Counted from the first letter of the stretch, positions 40,722 to 50,267 are shown. The stretch is 64,000 nt of DNA from an uncultured Lachnospiraceae bacterium (GCA_910586605.1 CAJUJR010000002.1:4473-68472); one strand, 5' to 3'. Numbers and translations: made by a program. The notes: generated by a model not told the origin, from the sequence alone.

Positions 40722-41318
40722 TCAAGATGCGTCAGTTATTTTCCTGCAATTCCTTAGGAGACGGTGCAGCAAAAGAGAGAGAAATCCTTCAATAAGTACA
40801 AAGCTATAGCACAAAATGCTTGTCCCAGCTATTTCTATAAAGGATAATTTTCCTGCTTCCAGAAGGTTATAGATAAATTTTCCGCAGATTGTGCTATAGA
40901 TAAAATCCAGCAGCAGGTACAGGACAACAGGGATTGGGATGAGAAGCACGGGTTGCCATGAAGTTAATTTCTTGACAAAAATTACATTGTACAATAAAAA
41001 CAATAGTGGGTTTATAACGTGGAGAAAGAAAAATTCGCCTTCAAAATGTATTTGGTAGAGCCCTGATAAACCAATTAGGCAGATAATAAAAACAAGTAAA
41101 ATCATGGCAAGCCCTGTATGGTACAGAATGTCAGGGAACGCTTTTTTCTGCCAGAAAAGCCGGATGCCTGTTAAAAGCAATAAGAAGCCAATGCCAAAGT
41201 TGGCAAGAAAGGTAAATTCTATAATATCCTGCGGTGTCGGAATGTACTCCATTAAAACACTCGTGAAAAAGATGGAGGACAGAAGAAGGCTGCTCCATGC
41301 CCTTATTTTATTTTGCAT
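40722..41318 (-). CDS. Multi-pass membrane protein (possibly Pr6Pr/FAR-17a-like)
   Basis: About 6 TM segments, FTFLAN and LHVINP motifs, AGGAGG RBS before the ATG at 41318. Confidence 0.55.
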   Translation of the reverse strand: MQNKIRAWSSLLLSSIFFTSVLMEYIPTPQDIIEFTFLANFGIGFLLLLTGIRLFWQKKAFPDILYHTGLAMILLVFIICLIGLSGLYQIHFEGEFFFLHVINPLLFLLYNVIFVKKLTSWQPVLLIPIPVVLYLLLDFIYSTICGKFIYNLLEAGKLSFIEIAGTSILCYSFVLIEGFLSLLLHRLLRNCRKITDAS

Positions 41319-41728
41319 TATGTCCCTCCTGCATTTGGTTACAGGATAGTATGCCCCAAATTTAGCCAATGTAGACCGCTGCATCTCCTAAATTTGGAAC
41401 AAATCTCCAATAAAGTGTGGAACATACCTTGTAAAAAGCAATTTTCAAATACGCTTTTAGAAGGATTGCTGTTATTGGCTGCGGAGTGGACAGTAATATT
41501 ATATTATTGTTGCTATTCGCAGCTAGCCGTAAAATAATATATAAATAAAAATATCTTCTGGATATGTTCTAAATCCGGAAAAATATGGTATAATAAAGCG
41601 AGCTGCCGATGCTGTATGTACATGTTTTGGCAGTTAAATGAAAGAAGTGGAAATTCACAAAACAGTTTTGCGTTTGTACCATTCCCGTAAGGCTGTGTGC
41701 AGGAAAATGGTACAGAATTGAGGAGAGA

Positions 41729-42409
41729 ATGCAATACAAAATTATTGGGGATACGATGCCAGCTGTTGAGATTTTATTTGACCAGGCAGGGGAGTCGATG
41801 TATACACAGTCTGGAGCGATGGCATGGATGACGGCTGGGATTGAGATGAATACCAGTACAAATGGAGGTATTTTAAAAGGTGTAGGACGTATGTTTGCTG
41901 GGGAATCTATGTTTATGGCAAATTATACAGCACAGGCGGCTGGGGCAAAAATTGCGTTTGCATCTACTGTAGCAGGGGAAATCCTTCCGATTAATGTTGG
42001 TGAGTCAGGCGGCATGATTTGCCAGAAAGGCGCTTTCCTTTGTGCTGAGCCGGGGGTTGCCCTAAAAATTACCTTGACAAAGAAGTTTTCCAGCGGCCTG
42101 TTTGGTGGTGAAGGTTTTATTTTGCAGGATATTTCAGGGCAGGGCATGGTATTTTTGGAAATCGACGGTGATAAGGTGATTAAAGACCTTGCGCCTGGTG
42201 AGGTTTTGAAAGTGGATACTGGCAATGTGGTTGGGTTTCAGAGAAGTGTCCAATATGAAATTGAAACAGTAAAAGGGATAAAAAATATTTTCCTTGGTGG
42301 TGAAGGGTTGTTCCTTACAAGGCTGACAGGTCCGGGAAGGGTTATTTTGCAGACGCAGAACTTTAATGACTTTGCAGGAAGGATTTCAAGGCTTATTCCA
42401 ACAAGGTAA
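41729..42409 (+). CDS. AIM24/TIGR00266 family protein
   Basis: GAMAWM, GESMF, QKGAFL, FGGEGF, GPGRVILQT. Confidence 0.88.
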   Translation: MQYKIIGDTMPAVEILFDQAGESMYTQSGAMAWMTAGIEMNTSTNGGILKGVGRMFAGESMFMANYTAQAAGAKIAFASTVAGEILPINVGESGGMICQKGAFLCAEPGVALKITLTKKFSSGLFGGEGFILQDISGQGMVFLEIDGDKVIKDLAPGEVLKVDTGNVVGFQRSVQYEIETVKGIKNIFLGGEGLFLTRLTGPGRVILQTQNFNDFAGRISRLIPTR

Positions 42410-42519
42410 GTAATTTAAATTATTAGCCGCAGATTCCGTGCAGCAGAGTGTGAAACTATTTGGTTTTGCGTGAGGGCGCGGAGCGGCGGTGAATTCCTAA
42501 TGGAAAGGGGCAGCATATA

Positions 42520-43323
42520 TTGGACAGAGGGAAAAAAGAAGAGGGGCTGTTGGTAAACCGCCAGAGGGTGAAGGATGCATTTGCAGAATATACCAGCCAG
42601 TATGACAATTCGGATGGGAAAATCAAATTAAAAGTAGACCATACATACCGTGTTGCTGCATTATGTGGGCGGATTGCACAGAGCCTTGGGTTAACTATTG
42701 AAGATGTACAGCTTGCATGGGTTATAGGGATGCTCCATGATGTAGGGCGTTTTGAACAGTTAAGGCAATATGGCACTTTTTCTGACGAGGATTCAATTGA
42801 CCATGCACAGTATGGCGTGCGGATTTTATTTGGGGAAAAGAAAATATTTGATTATCTGCCTATAACAGAGGATGAGGAAGCATATCGGATAATCCGTACT
42901 GCAATCTGGAACCATAATGCATATCGGATAGAAGAGGGGCTTTCAGGCAGAGAGGAGTTGTTTTGCAATATATTACGGGATGGGGATAAAATAGATATTT
43001 TAAAGGTAAACCATGATATACCAATAGAAATTATCTATGATACTAGTATAGAAAAAGTGAAAAATGAGACGGTTACTCCAGAGGTGATGGAGCAATTTTT
43101 TGAACGGCATGCAATCCTCCGTGCAACGAAACGTGCCTGTATTGACAGTATTGTTGGACATGCAGCGCTTGTTTTTGAACTGGTATTTGACGAAAGCCTA
43201 AAAATAGTGAAAGAACAGGGATATTTGGATAAATTACTGAATTTTGAATCAGAAAATCCGATAACAAAAAAACAGTTTGTACAGCTGCGCAGATGTATGG
43301 CTTCATACTTAGAATGTGTCTGA
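42520..43323 (+). CDS. HD domain phosphohydrolase
   Basis: K.DHT.RV, LHDVGRFEQ, DHA, HN, RDGDKIDI. Confidence 0.85.
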   Translation: MDRGKKEEGLLVNRQRVKDAFAEYTSQYDNSDGKIKLKVDHTYRVAALCGRIAQSLGLTIEDVQLAWVIGMLHDVGRFEQLRQYGTFSDEDSIDHAQYGVRILFGEKKIFDYLPITEDEEAYRIIRTAIWNHNAYRIEEGLSGREELFCNILRDGDKIDILKVNHDIPIEIIYDTSIEKVKNETVTPEVMEQFFERHAILRATKRACIDSIVGHAALVFELVFDESLKIVKEQGYLDKLLNFESENPITKKQFVQLRRCMASYLECV

Positions 43324-43365
43324 CAGTTTTGTACATATTGTTTGGGGCTGTGAAAGAAGACAACA

Positions 43366-43409
43366 AAAAAGACATATTATAACCATTGTGGTTTTAATAT
43401 GTCTTTTTT
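43366..43409. terminator. Probable bidirectional terminator between the HD gene and tRNA-Lys
   Basis: AAAAAAGACATATT...AATATGTCTTTTTT hairpin. Confidence 0.6.
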
Positions 43410-43410
43410 A

Positions 43411-43483
43411 TGCGCGATCAGGGGTTCGAACCCTGGACACCCTGATTAAGAGTCAGGTGCTCTGCCAGCTGAGCTAATCGCGC
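43411..43483 (-). tRNA. tRNA-Lys (anticodon CTT)
   Basis: Reverse complement GCGCGATTAGCTCAGCTGGCAGAGCACCTGACTCTTAATCAGGGTGTCCAGGGTTCGAACCCCTGATCGCGCA folds as a cloverleaf; CCA is not encoded. Confidence 0.95.
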
Positions 43484-43581
43484 TTATTGCTGTCTCACCA
43501 AAAGCAACAATGCTACTATATCAGAATTTGTAAAAGAATGCAAGCTTTTTTTGAAAACATTTTGGCAGAAAATTACGGTTG

Positions 43582-43600
43582 GTTACTATTCACAGCCAAT
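43582..43600. repeat. Copy of the dispersed GTTACTATTCACAGCCAAT repeat
   Basis: Exact reverse complement at 56658-56676, 2-mismatch copy at 24858-24876. Confidence 0.7.
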
Positions 43601-43825
43601 ATCAGCCAAATTTAAGGAAATAAAAAATATCTTCCCCTGTGAAGCACTTTCATCATGTGCGGCATGAGAAAGCAGGATTTCTAATTTTATGTAAAAAGTA
43701 AATGCTGTTACTCTGCAACATACTGGAGGAGTACTTGAAGTATGACATGATATTTTGTATAATGTAGTGGGAGGGGATATGGTTGGAAAAGAGCAGTTTA
43801 GATTTATAAAAAGAGGGGAGTACAT

Positions 43826-44770
43826 ATGGATGATAGGGAAATACAGTGGCATCCGCCATATATAGCAGCAATGAACCTTGAACTGGGGGAGGATAGGGAC
43901 AAACTTATATTTATACCAGAGTATACTTTAAACACAGGCGCTTTGAAAATAGACCTTTTTATGGAAAATAAACAGAATGGTTCTGTCAGGAATGAAATAG
44001 GGAAAATTTTCCGCAGATATAATATAGTCGAGTTTAAAAGCCCAAATGACATGCTTGGGATTGATGCGTTTATTAAGACGCAGGGTTACGCCTGCCTGTT
44101 TAAAGCCTATGGGGAACAAGCAGATAGCAGGAAGATGGATGAAATTACGGTGTCACTGGTACGTCAGGCGAAACCGGATAAGCTATTTAGGTATTTTAAA
44201 GAGCATGGGATAAAGGTGGAGAGCCCAAGTAAAGGGATATATTATATAAGAGAAATGGTATTGTTCCCAACGCAGATTATTGTGACAAAAGAATTGGATG
44301 GCGAACGGCATAGATGGCTTTGCGCATTGTCTGGGCAATTGGCAGAGCAGGATTTGAGGGGGCTTCTTACAAGTATCAGTTACTTGAAAGGTAAAATGGA
44401 AAAGGAATATGCGGATTCTATATTGGAAGTGGCATTAAAGGCAAATAAAGAATTGGCTGAAAAGTTAAGGAGGGATCATAGTATGAGTAAAACGTTAATG
44501 GAAATTATGGAACCTGTATTGTCGGAAGTAAAACAAGAGTGCATGAGAGAAGGCTTAGAAGAAGGCCGAAGAGAAGGCAGGAAAGAGGGCAGGAAAGAAG
44601 GCAGGAAGGAAGGCAGGAAAGAAGGCAGGAAAGAAGGCAGGAAAGAAGGCATGGTGTATGCATATTATGAAATGAATCTTTCTACAAATGAGATTGCCCA
44701 AAAGCTTCAGTTGACAGAAAAAGAAGTTTTGGGCATTATCCAGAAGATGGATGCGCAGCCAGAGGAATAA
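43826..44770 (+). CDS. Rpn-like PD-(D/E)XK nuclease domain protein with EGRK repeats and C-terminal HTH-like tail
   Basis: KIDL...IVEFKS motif, (EGRK)n repeat, EIAQKLQLTEKEV tail. Confidence 0.65.
   Translation: MDDREIQWHPPYIAAMNLELGEDRDKLIFIPEYTLNTGALKIDLFMENKQNGSVRNEIGKIFRRYNIVEFKSPNDMLGIDAFIKTQGYACLFKAYGEQADSRKMDEITVSLVRQAKPDKLFRYFKEHGIKVESPSKGIYYIREMVLFPTQIIVTKELDGERHRWLCALSGQLAEQDLRGLLTSISYLKGKMEKEYADSILEVALKANKELAEKLRRDHSMSKTLMEIMEPVLSEVKQECMREGLEEGRREGRKEGRKEGRKEGRKEGRKEGRKEGMVYAYYEMNLSTNEIAQKLQLTEKEVLGIIQKMDAQPEE
44549..44650 (+). repeat. 12-bp coding tandem repeat (GAAGGCAGGAAA-like, ~8 copies)
   Basis: Encodes EGLE EGRR (EGRK)6 EG. Confidence 0.9.
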
Positions 44771-44782
44771 AGTATTTTAAAA

Positions 44783-44822
44783 GCAGGGCAAGTCCTAATG
44801 GACAGGATTTGCCCTGTTTTTA
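44783..44822. terminator. Bidirectional terminator
   Basis: GCAGGGCAAGTCCT...AGGATTTGCCCTGTTTTT between convergent genes. Confidence 0.65.
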
Positions 44823-44850
44823 GGTTTTGGCAGAAAAGTAATGGTAACTT

Positions 44851-45399
44851 CTATTTAGAATGGAGTAAGGAAGTAACAACGCGGAATTGTGGGATAATTT
44901 GCACAACGATTGCTGCTTTGAGCAGGTCAAGCGGCAGGAATGGCAGGATTCCCATAATTACTGCTTGCCTGGCAGAGATTCCGGTAATAAACATTAGCCA
45001 GGCAGCCCCAATAATATCAATAAGCAGGGCGGCAAGAACTGAGAGGATAGTGTATGGGATGCGGTGAAATTCTTTCTTACGTAATAGAGGGACAAAAACG
45101 GCAGCAGCCAGGAACCCGAAACTGTAACCTCCCCATCCACCAATCAGATAGGAGATGCCAGCATTGGCTCCGATAAAGACAGGGATACCTGCAGCGCCCA
45201 GTAACAGCCATGTAAATACAATAAAGAAAGATTGCCGTAATGGGAAAAGAAAAGCAATCAGCAGTACAATAAAATTCAGAAATGTGATATGGGACCCAGT
45301 TGGCAGAGGGATGCTTATGTATGCGGAAACGCATAATACAGCAGTAAACAATGCCATGGTAACTAAAGAACGGGTGCGTAATTGTGTTTGGTTGTTCAT
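44851..45399 (-). CDS. bioY: Biotin transporter BioY (ECF S-component)
   Basis: ALFTAVLCV, LLGAAGIPVF, GGY..GF, PFLPLDLLK, and a shared BirA box. Confidence 0.92.
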   Translation of the reverse strand: MNNQTQLRTRSLVTMALFTAVLCVSAYISIPLPTGSHITFLNFIVLLIAFLFPLRQSFFIVFTWLLLGAAGIPVFIGANAGISYLIGGWGGYSFGFLAAAVFVPLLRKKEFHRIPYTILSVLAALLIDIIGAAWLMFITGISARQAVIMGILPFLPLDLLKAAIVVQIIPQFRVVTSLLHSK

Positions 45400-45461
45400 T
45401 ATATCTTACCTCATTAATTTTTTTAGAAATCCTTTCACATCATACATAGAAAGTGCCATGA

Positions 45462-45490
45462 TGTCAACTGTTTATTGAAAAAGGTTGACA
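45462..45490. promoter_or_regulatory. BirA operator between divergent bioY and bioB
   Basis: TGTCAAC-N15-GTTGACA matches the Firmicutes BirA palindrome. Confidence 0.85.
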
Positions 45491-45593
45491 AATAATTTGA
45501 AGGACGTTACCATATAAACATAAGGAACCGTCTTAGTAATATAATTAGGTTCTAGAGCGTGTTTGAAAATTGCTTTTTGGGAGGTTGAATTCA

Positions 45594-46574
45594 TTGAGTA
45601 CAGTACAGGTTTTAAAAGAAAAAGTATTAAGCGGGGGGCAAATTGGGAAAGAGGAGGCGTTAAGCCTTGCAGATGCAGGGCTTGAGGAACTTTGTAATGC
45701 CGCAGATGGGCTTAGGGAAGCATTTTGCCAGAATGGTTTTGATATTTGCACTATTATTAATGGAAAGAGCGGGAAATGTTCTGAAAATTGCAAGTATTGT
45801 GCACAGTCAGCATGTTTTGGGGGGATTTCTAAGACATATCCACTTTTGCCAACAGAAACGTTTGTGGAGGGGGCAAAGCGCAATGCCAAGCAGGGGGTAT
45901 TGCGTTACTCAATCGTAACGTCAGGAAAAAGGCTTAGCCATAGTGAGGTTGAGAGTGTATGTCAAAGCATACAGGCGATAAAAAAGGAAACAGAAATTGA
46001 GGTTTGTGTTTCTTTAGGCCTTTTGGGAGAAGAGGACTTTGTAAAGCTGAAAAAAGCTGGGGCTTCACGTGTCCACAATAACCTGGAGGCGTCTAAGGGC
46101 TATTTCCCAAAGGTTTGTACAACACATACTTATGAAGATAAGATAGAAGCGATTAAGGCCGCAAAAAGGGCTGGGTTATCCGTTTGTAGCGGCGGGATTA
46201 TGGGGATTGGGGAAACAATGGAGGACAGGGTTGATATGGCGTTTGCACTCCGTGAGCTGGAAATCCGTTCTGTTCCTGTGAATATGTTAAATCCGATTCC
46301 AGGGACTCCATTAGGGCATCAGAAAATTCTTTCTGAGGATGAAATGCGCCGTATTCTTGCAATTTACCGTTTTATTTTGCCAGACGCCTCTATCCGTATG
46401 GCAGGAGGACGCGGGCTTCTGCCAGATAAGGGGGAACGCTGCTTCCGTTCTGGTGCAAATGCAGCAATATCAGGAGATATGCTTACTACATCAGGAATTA
46501 CGGTGGAAAAAGATATGGAAATGTTGGGGCGGCTTGGTTATATTCCAAAGTTGTGGGAAGCAAACGTGGTTTAA
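45594..46574 (+). CDS. bioB: Biotin synthase
   Basis: Radical SAM CSENCKYCAQS, HNNLE, VCSGGIMG.GE, VPVN.L.PIPGT, IRMAGGR. TTG start after GGGAGG. Confidence 0.95.
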   Translation: MSTVQVLKEKVLSGGQIGKEEALSLADAGLEELCNAADGLREAFCQNGFDICTIINGKSGKCSENCKYCAQSACFGGISKTYPLLPTETFVEGAKRNAKQGVLRYSIVTSGKRLSHSEVESVCQSIQAIKKETEIEVCVSLGLLGEEDFVKLKKAGASRVHNNLEASKGYFPKVCTTHTYEDKIEAIKAAKRAGLSVCSGGIMGIGETMEDRVDMAFALRELEIRSVPVNMLNPIPGTPLGHQKILSEDEMRRILAIYRFILPDASIRMAGGRGLLPDKGERCFRSGANAAISGDMLTTSGITVEKDMEMLGRLGYIPKLWEANVV

Positions 46575-46586
46575 CAGGGAGGGAAT

Positions 46587-47735
46587 ATGGAGAAGGTATA
46601 CATACTTGGTGGCGGGAGAAGCTATATTGGCATTGAAAATAGTATGTACCGCCATATGCCTGCTGAAATTCTAGGGGCAGAAACACTTAAAAAGATAATA
46701 GGCCTATATTGTATAGAAGATCTGGATGGGATTATTGCAGGGAATGGAGTAGGGGCTGGCGGGAATATTACGCGCCTGATGATGCTGGAGGCTGGCATGC
46801 CCGAAAGTATTCCAGCAGTAACTGTGGATCTACAGTGTGGCTCAGGACTGGAGAGCATTGGGATTGCCGCTTCAAAAATAGCCTGTGGGATGGGGAGCAT
46901 CTATATTGCTGGAGGATTTGAGAGCAGTTCAACTGCCCCAAGGAGAGGATATCATGTAAACCATCCTGATTATTGGCAATTTGGAGGGGAAAATGGATGG
47001 TACCATGCAGCAAAGTTTTCTCCTGGAAGACATAAGGAAACAGCTATGTTAGAAGGGGCTGAAAATACGGCCAAGAAAGAAAAGATAACACGGCAGGAAA
47101 TGAATCCCTGGGTCATCCGAAGCCACCAGCTTGCAAAAGAAACAAGGGAAAGAGGGATTTTACGGGATATAGTATTTGCTGTGGCGAAAGGATGTGACAA
47201 GGATGAGGGAATCCGTGAGCGGATGAGTGAAAGGTTTTTAGACCGCCTGCCTTGCGTTTTACCAGAAGGAAGGGCAATTACAGCGGGCAATGCATGCCTA
47301 ACAAATGATGGGGCGGCATTTTTAGTTCTATGTTCTGGAAAATATGCAAGGGAACATGGCCTGAAACCGAAAGCAGAGTTTATTGGAATGGCAGAGACAG
47401 GAGGAAACCCATCAGAGAGCCCCCGAACTGCCATAATGGCAATAGAAAAGCTTCTTTGCAGGTATCATCTGGCAGCGGAGGATATAGATATTTTTGAATG
47501 TAATGAGGCATTTGCAGTAATTGATGTCCTATTTGCAAGGGCATTCCCTAATTTGGCAGAGCGGTACAATATTTTTGGCGGGGCATTGGCGTATGGCCAT
47601 CCATATGGGGCTTCTGGCGGCATTATTACGCTCCATGCGGTAAAAGCGTTGGAAAAGGCGGGCGGCCGCTTTGCGGTATGCAGTATTGCCGCGGCAGGCG
47701 GCGTCGGCACAGCAATTTTAATACAGAGCTGTTAA
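46587..47735 (+). CDS. Thiolase family protein (YhfS-like acetyl-CoA acyltransferase)
   Basis: QCGSGL, AGG.ES, TAGN...NDGAA, NEAFA, GHPYGASG, AAAGGVG. Confidence 0.9.
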   Translation: MEKVYILGGGRSYIGIENSMYRHMPAEILGAETLKKIIGLYCIEDLDGIIAGNGVGAGGNITRLMMLEAGMPESIPAVTVDLQCGSGLESIGIAASKIACGMGSIYIAGGFESSSTAPRRGYHVNHPDYWQFGGENGWYHAAKFSPGRHKETAMLEGAENTAKKEKITRQEMNPWVIRSHQLAKETRERGILRDIVFAVAKGCDKDEGIRERMSERFLDRLPCVLPEGRAITAGNACLTNDGAAFLVLCSGKYAREHGLKPKAEFIGMAETGGNPSESPRTAIMAIEKLLCRYHLAAEDIDIFECNEAFAVIDVLFARAFPNLAERYNIFGGALAYGHPYGASGGIITLHAVKALEKAGGRFAVCSIAAAGGVGTAILIQSC

Positions 47736-47781
47736 CATCCCCAACGGATGGTTGTGGAAAGTAGCAGTAAGGGAGGGGCAG

Positions 47782-49053
47782 ATGGATTATTATAAATTAT
47801 TGGCAAGCCAGAAACCAGAAAAAGAAGCGCTGGTTGTGGATGGTATTTCTTATACTTATGGCAGGCTGGTGGAAATGGCAGATATGCTTTCTGGCAGGTG
47901 GGGTGCAGAAAAAGGAAAATTGAGGCAGGAAAGGACGGCGTGCCCTGTTGTCCATATCATTAAAGAAAAAGATATTGTTACACAGCTTGTATCGTTTCTT
48001 GCATGTTCTGTAATTGGCGAAATTCCGCTGATTGTGCCGTATGATACAAGGCAGTATAAAAACGGGCAGCTTCTGGAAGAGATAGAAATCCCCCCGGGTG
48101 CATGTATGGCAGTGTCCACTTCTGGGACAACAGGGAAGCCTAAAATTTATTTCCGTACATATGAAAGCTGGGCAGGATACTTTCCAATCCAAAATGATAT
48201 TTTTATGGTAAATGGAGACAGCCGCCTTTTTATGCAGGGAAGCCTTGCTTTTACCGGAAACCTGAACCTTTATATGGCGCAGTTCTATGCAGGGGCTGCA
48301 GTAATTGCAGAAAATGCGTTTTCTCCTAAAAAGTGGGCGGATGCCATAGAGAAACAGAAAGCAGGCAGTATTTACCTAATTCCTTCTAAGCTGATGCTTC
48401 TCCCTAAAGTTGTAAAAGAAAAGATGCCGGGCGTTAGCATGGTTATTTCTGGTTCACAAAGTTTTGGGAAAAAGGAAGCGGACGAATTAAAGAAGTGTTT
48501 TCCAAATACAAAAATCCTGTTATATTATGCGGCAAGTGAACTAAATTATGTTACCTATGTGATGGATGATGATATGACGGAAGAGCGCAGCCTGATTGGG
48601 AGGCCGTTTCCGCAAGTAGAAGCCTTTTTGCAGGACGGGGAGATTTATGTCAATACAAAATATCATGTGGAAGGGATTTGCTGCCCATATTCTTTGTCGG
48701 ATAATGCATACCAAGATGAAGAGGGAAATTTTTATTTTGCCGGGCGGAAGGATGATATTTTATTAATCCGGGGGCGGAAAATTTCAGCAATTAAGATAGA
48801 AAATATACTGGAACAGCTTCCAGAAATCAGGGAAGCTGCTGTTACAGGGGAGAATAAAGAGACAGGGGAACCTTATCTAGTGGCTTATATTGCATTACAA
48901 GAGGGAGAAAAGTACCAAGAACAAAAGGTGTGCCAGAAACTCCGCCAGTCCCTTGCACATTATGAAATGCCCCGGCGGTTTTATACCGTAAAAAAATTAC
49001 CCCGTAATGAAAGCGGTAAGGTGGACAAACAAAGGCTGAATATGGTACAATGA
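47782..49053 (+). CDS. AMP-binding acyl-CoA ligase (YhfT-like)
   Basis: STSGTTGKPK, YAASE, GRKDD, LPRNESGKVDK. Confidence 0.88.
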   Translation: MDYYKLLASQKPEKEALVVDGISYTYGRLVEMADMLSGRWGAEKGKLRQERTACPVVHIIKEKDIVTQLVSFLACSVIGEIPLIVPYDTRQYKNGQLLEEIEIPPGACMAVSTSGTTGKPKIYFRTYESWAGYFPIQNDIFMVNGDSRLFMQGSLAFTGNLNLYMAQFYAGAAVIAENAFSPKKWADAIEKQKAGSIYLIPSKLMLLPKVVKEKMPGVSMVISGSQSFGKKEADELKKCFPNTKILLYYAASELNYVTYVMDDDMTEERSLIGRPFPQVEAFLQDGEIYVNTKYHVEGICCPYSLSDNAYQDEEGNFYFAGRKDDILLIRGRKISAIKIENILEQLPEIREAAVTGENKETGEPYLVAYIALQEGEKYQEQKVCQKLRQSLAHYEMPRRFYTVKKLPRNESGKVDKQRLNMVQ

Positions 49054-49088
49054 ACGTTATGTAGAATATTATAACTGGAGGGAAAAGT

Positions 49089-50267
49089 ATGGTAGTTCAG
49101 CCAAAAGTGAAAGGTTTTATGTGTACAACAGCACATCCGGAGGGATGCAAGGCTGCTGTAAAGGGGCAGATTGAGTATGTAAAGGCACAGCCAAAGACAA
49201 AGGGGCCGAAAAAGGTTCTGGTAATCGGGGCTTCTATGGGATATGGCTTGGCAAGCAGAATTGCCTTTACTTATTCCTGTGATGCAGATACAATTGGGAT
49301 TATTTTTGACAAGCCTGGAAAGGAAAAGCGCACAGCAAGCGCAGGCTGGTATAATACAGCGGCATTTGAAGAGTTTGCAATGGCAGACGGATATTTTGCG
49401 AAATCAATTAATGGGGATGCATATTCCCAGGAGATAAAGGATAAGGCAATTGCCATGATTCGGGAAGAATGGGGCAAGGCAGATATGGTGGTTTACAGTA
49501 TTGCAGCTCCAAGGCGTACTGCTCCAGATGGGAAGACATACCGTTCTGTGTTAAAGACAATTGGAAAGGAATACAGCAATCAGGCGATTGATTTGATGAC
49601 AAATGAAATATCGGAAGTGACAATACCAACTGCAAATCAAGAAGAAATCGACGCTACAGTGAAGGTGATGGGCGGAGAAGATTGGAAGCTTTGGATAAAA
49701 GCATTAAAAGAAGCTGGTGTTTTGGCGGATAATGCTGTGACAGTTGCCTATTCCTATATTGGGCCAAAACTGACGCACCCAATTTATTATGATGGGACAA
49801 TTGGGCAGGCGAAAAAGGACTTGTATAAGGCAGCAGATGAACTTCAGGAAGAGGCTGGGGGCTTAAAAGCATATGTTTCTGTAAATAAGGCAGTTGTAAC
49901 GCAGTCCAGCGCCGCAATCCCAATCGTGCCATTGTATATGTCCCTTCTGTTTAAAGTTATGAAAGAAAAAGGGCTTCATGAAGGCTGTATAGAGCAGATG
50001 TACCGTTTGGTCCATGACAGGCTTTGCCTAGAAGATGTGGTAACAGACGAAAACCGCCTGATACGCCTGGACGATTATGAAATGAAGCCGGAAGTGCAGG
50101 ATGCTGTGGCGGGGCTTTGGGAACAGGTATCAAAAGATAATATTACACAGCTTGGTGATATTGAGGAGTATTGGCAGGAGTTTTATGAGATTTTTGGGTT
50201 CCGTGTTGATGGCGTCAATTATGAAGCGGATGTAAATATCCAGGGTGGGATTCCAAGCCTGAGTTAA
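49089..50267 (+). CDS. fabV: Trans-2-enoyl-CoA/ACP reductase FabV/Ter
   Basis: TAHP.GC, GAS.GYGLASR, ASAGWYN, VMGGEDW, Y.GTIG.AK, HEGCIEQ. Confidence 0.93.
   Translation: MVVQPKVKGFMCTTAHPEGCKAAVKGQIEYVKAQPKTKGPKKVLVIGASMGYGLASRIAFTYSCDADTIGIIFDKPGKEKRTASAGWYNTAAFEEFAMADGYFAKSINGDAYSQEIKDKAIAMIREEWGKADMVVYSIAAPRRTAPDGKTYRSVLKTIGKEYSNQAIDLMTNEISEVTIPTANQEEIDATVKVMGGEDWKLWIKALKEAGVLADNAVTVAYSYIGPKLTHPIYYDGTIGQAKKDLYKAADELQEEAGGLKAYVSVNKAVVTQSSAAIPIVPLYMSLLFKVMKEKGLHEGCIEQMYRLVHDRLCLEDVVTDENRLIRLDDYEMKPEVQDAVAGLWEQVSKDNITQLGDIEEYWQEFYEIFGFRVDGVNYEADVNIQGGIPSLS

Noticed and set aside
41590..41720. Structured leader upstream of the AIM24 gene (TGTACCATT/AATGGTACA stem)
   Set aside because: Only short stems and no match to a riboswitch I can recognise; too little support.
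44549..44650. Short tandem repeats as a possible CRISPR array (also 25898-26050)
   Set aside because: They are in-frame coding repeats with no unique spacers, and no cas genes are present.
43411..44770. tRNA-Lys or tRNA-Leu as integration site of a genomic island
   Set aside because: No integrase and no duplicated tRNA 3' end seen; the Rpn-like gene lies on the 5' side of tRNA-Lys.
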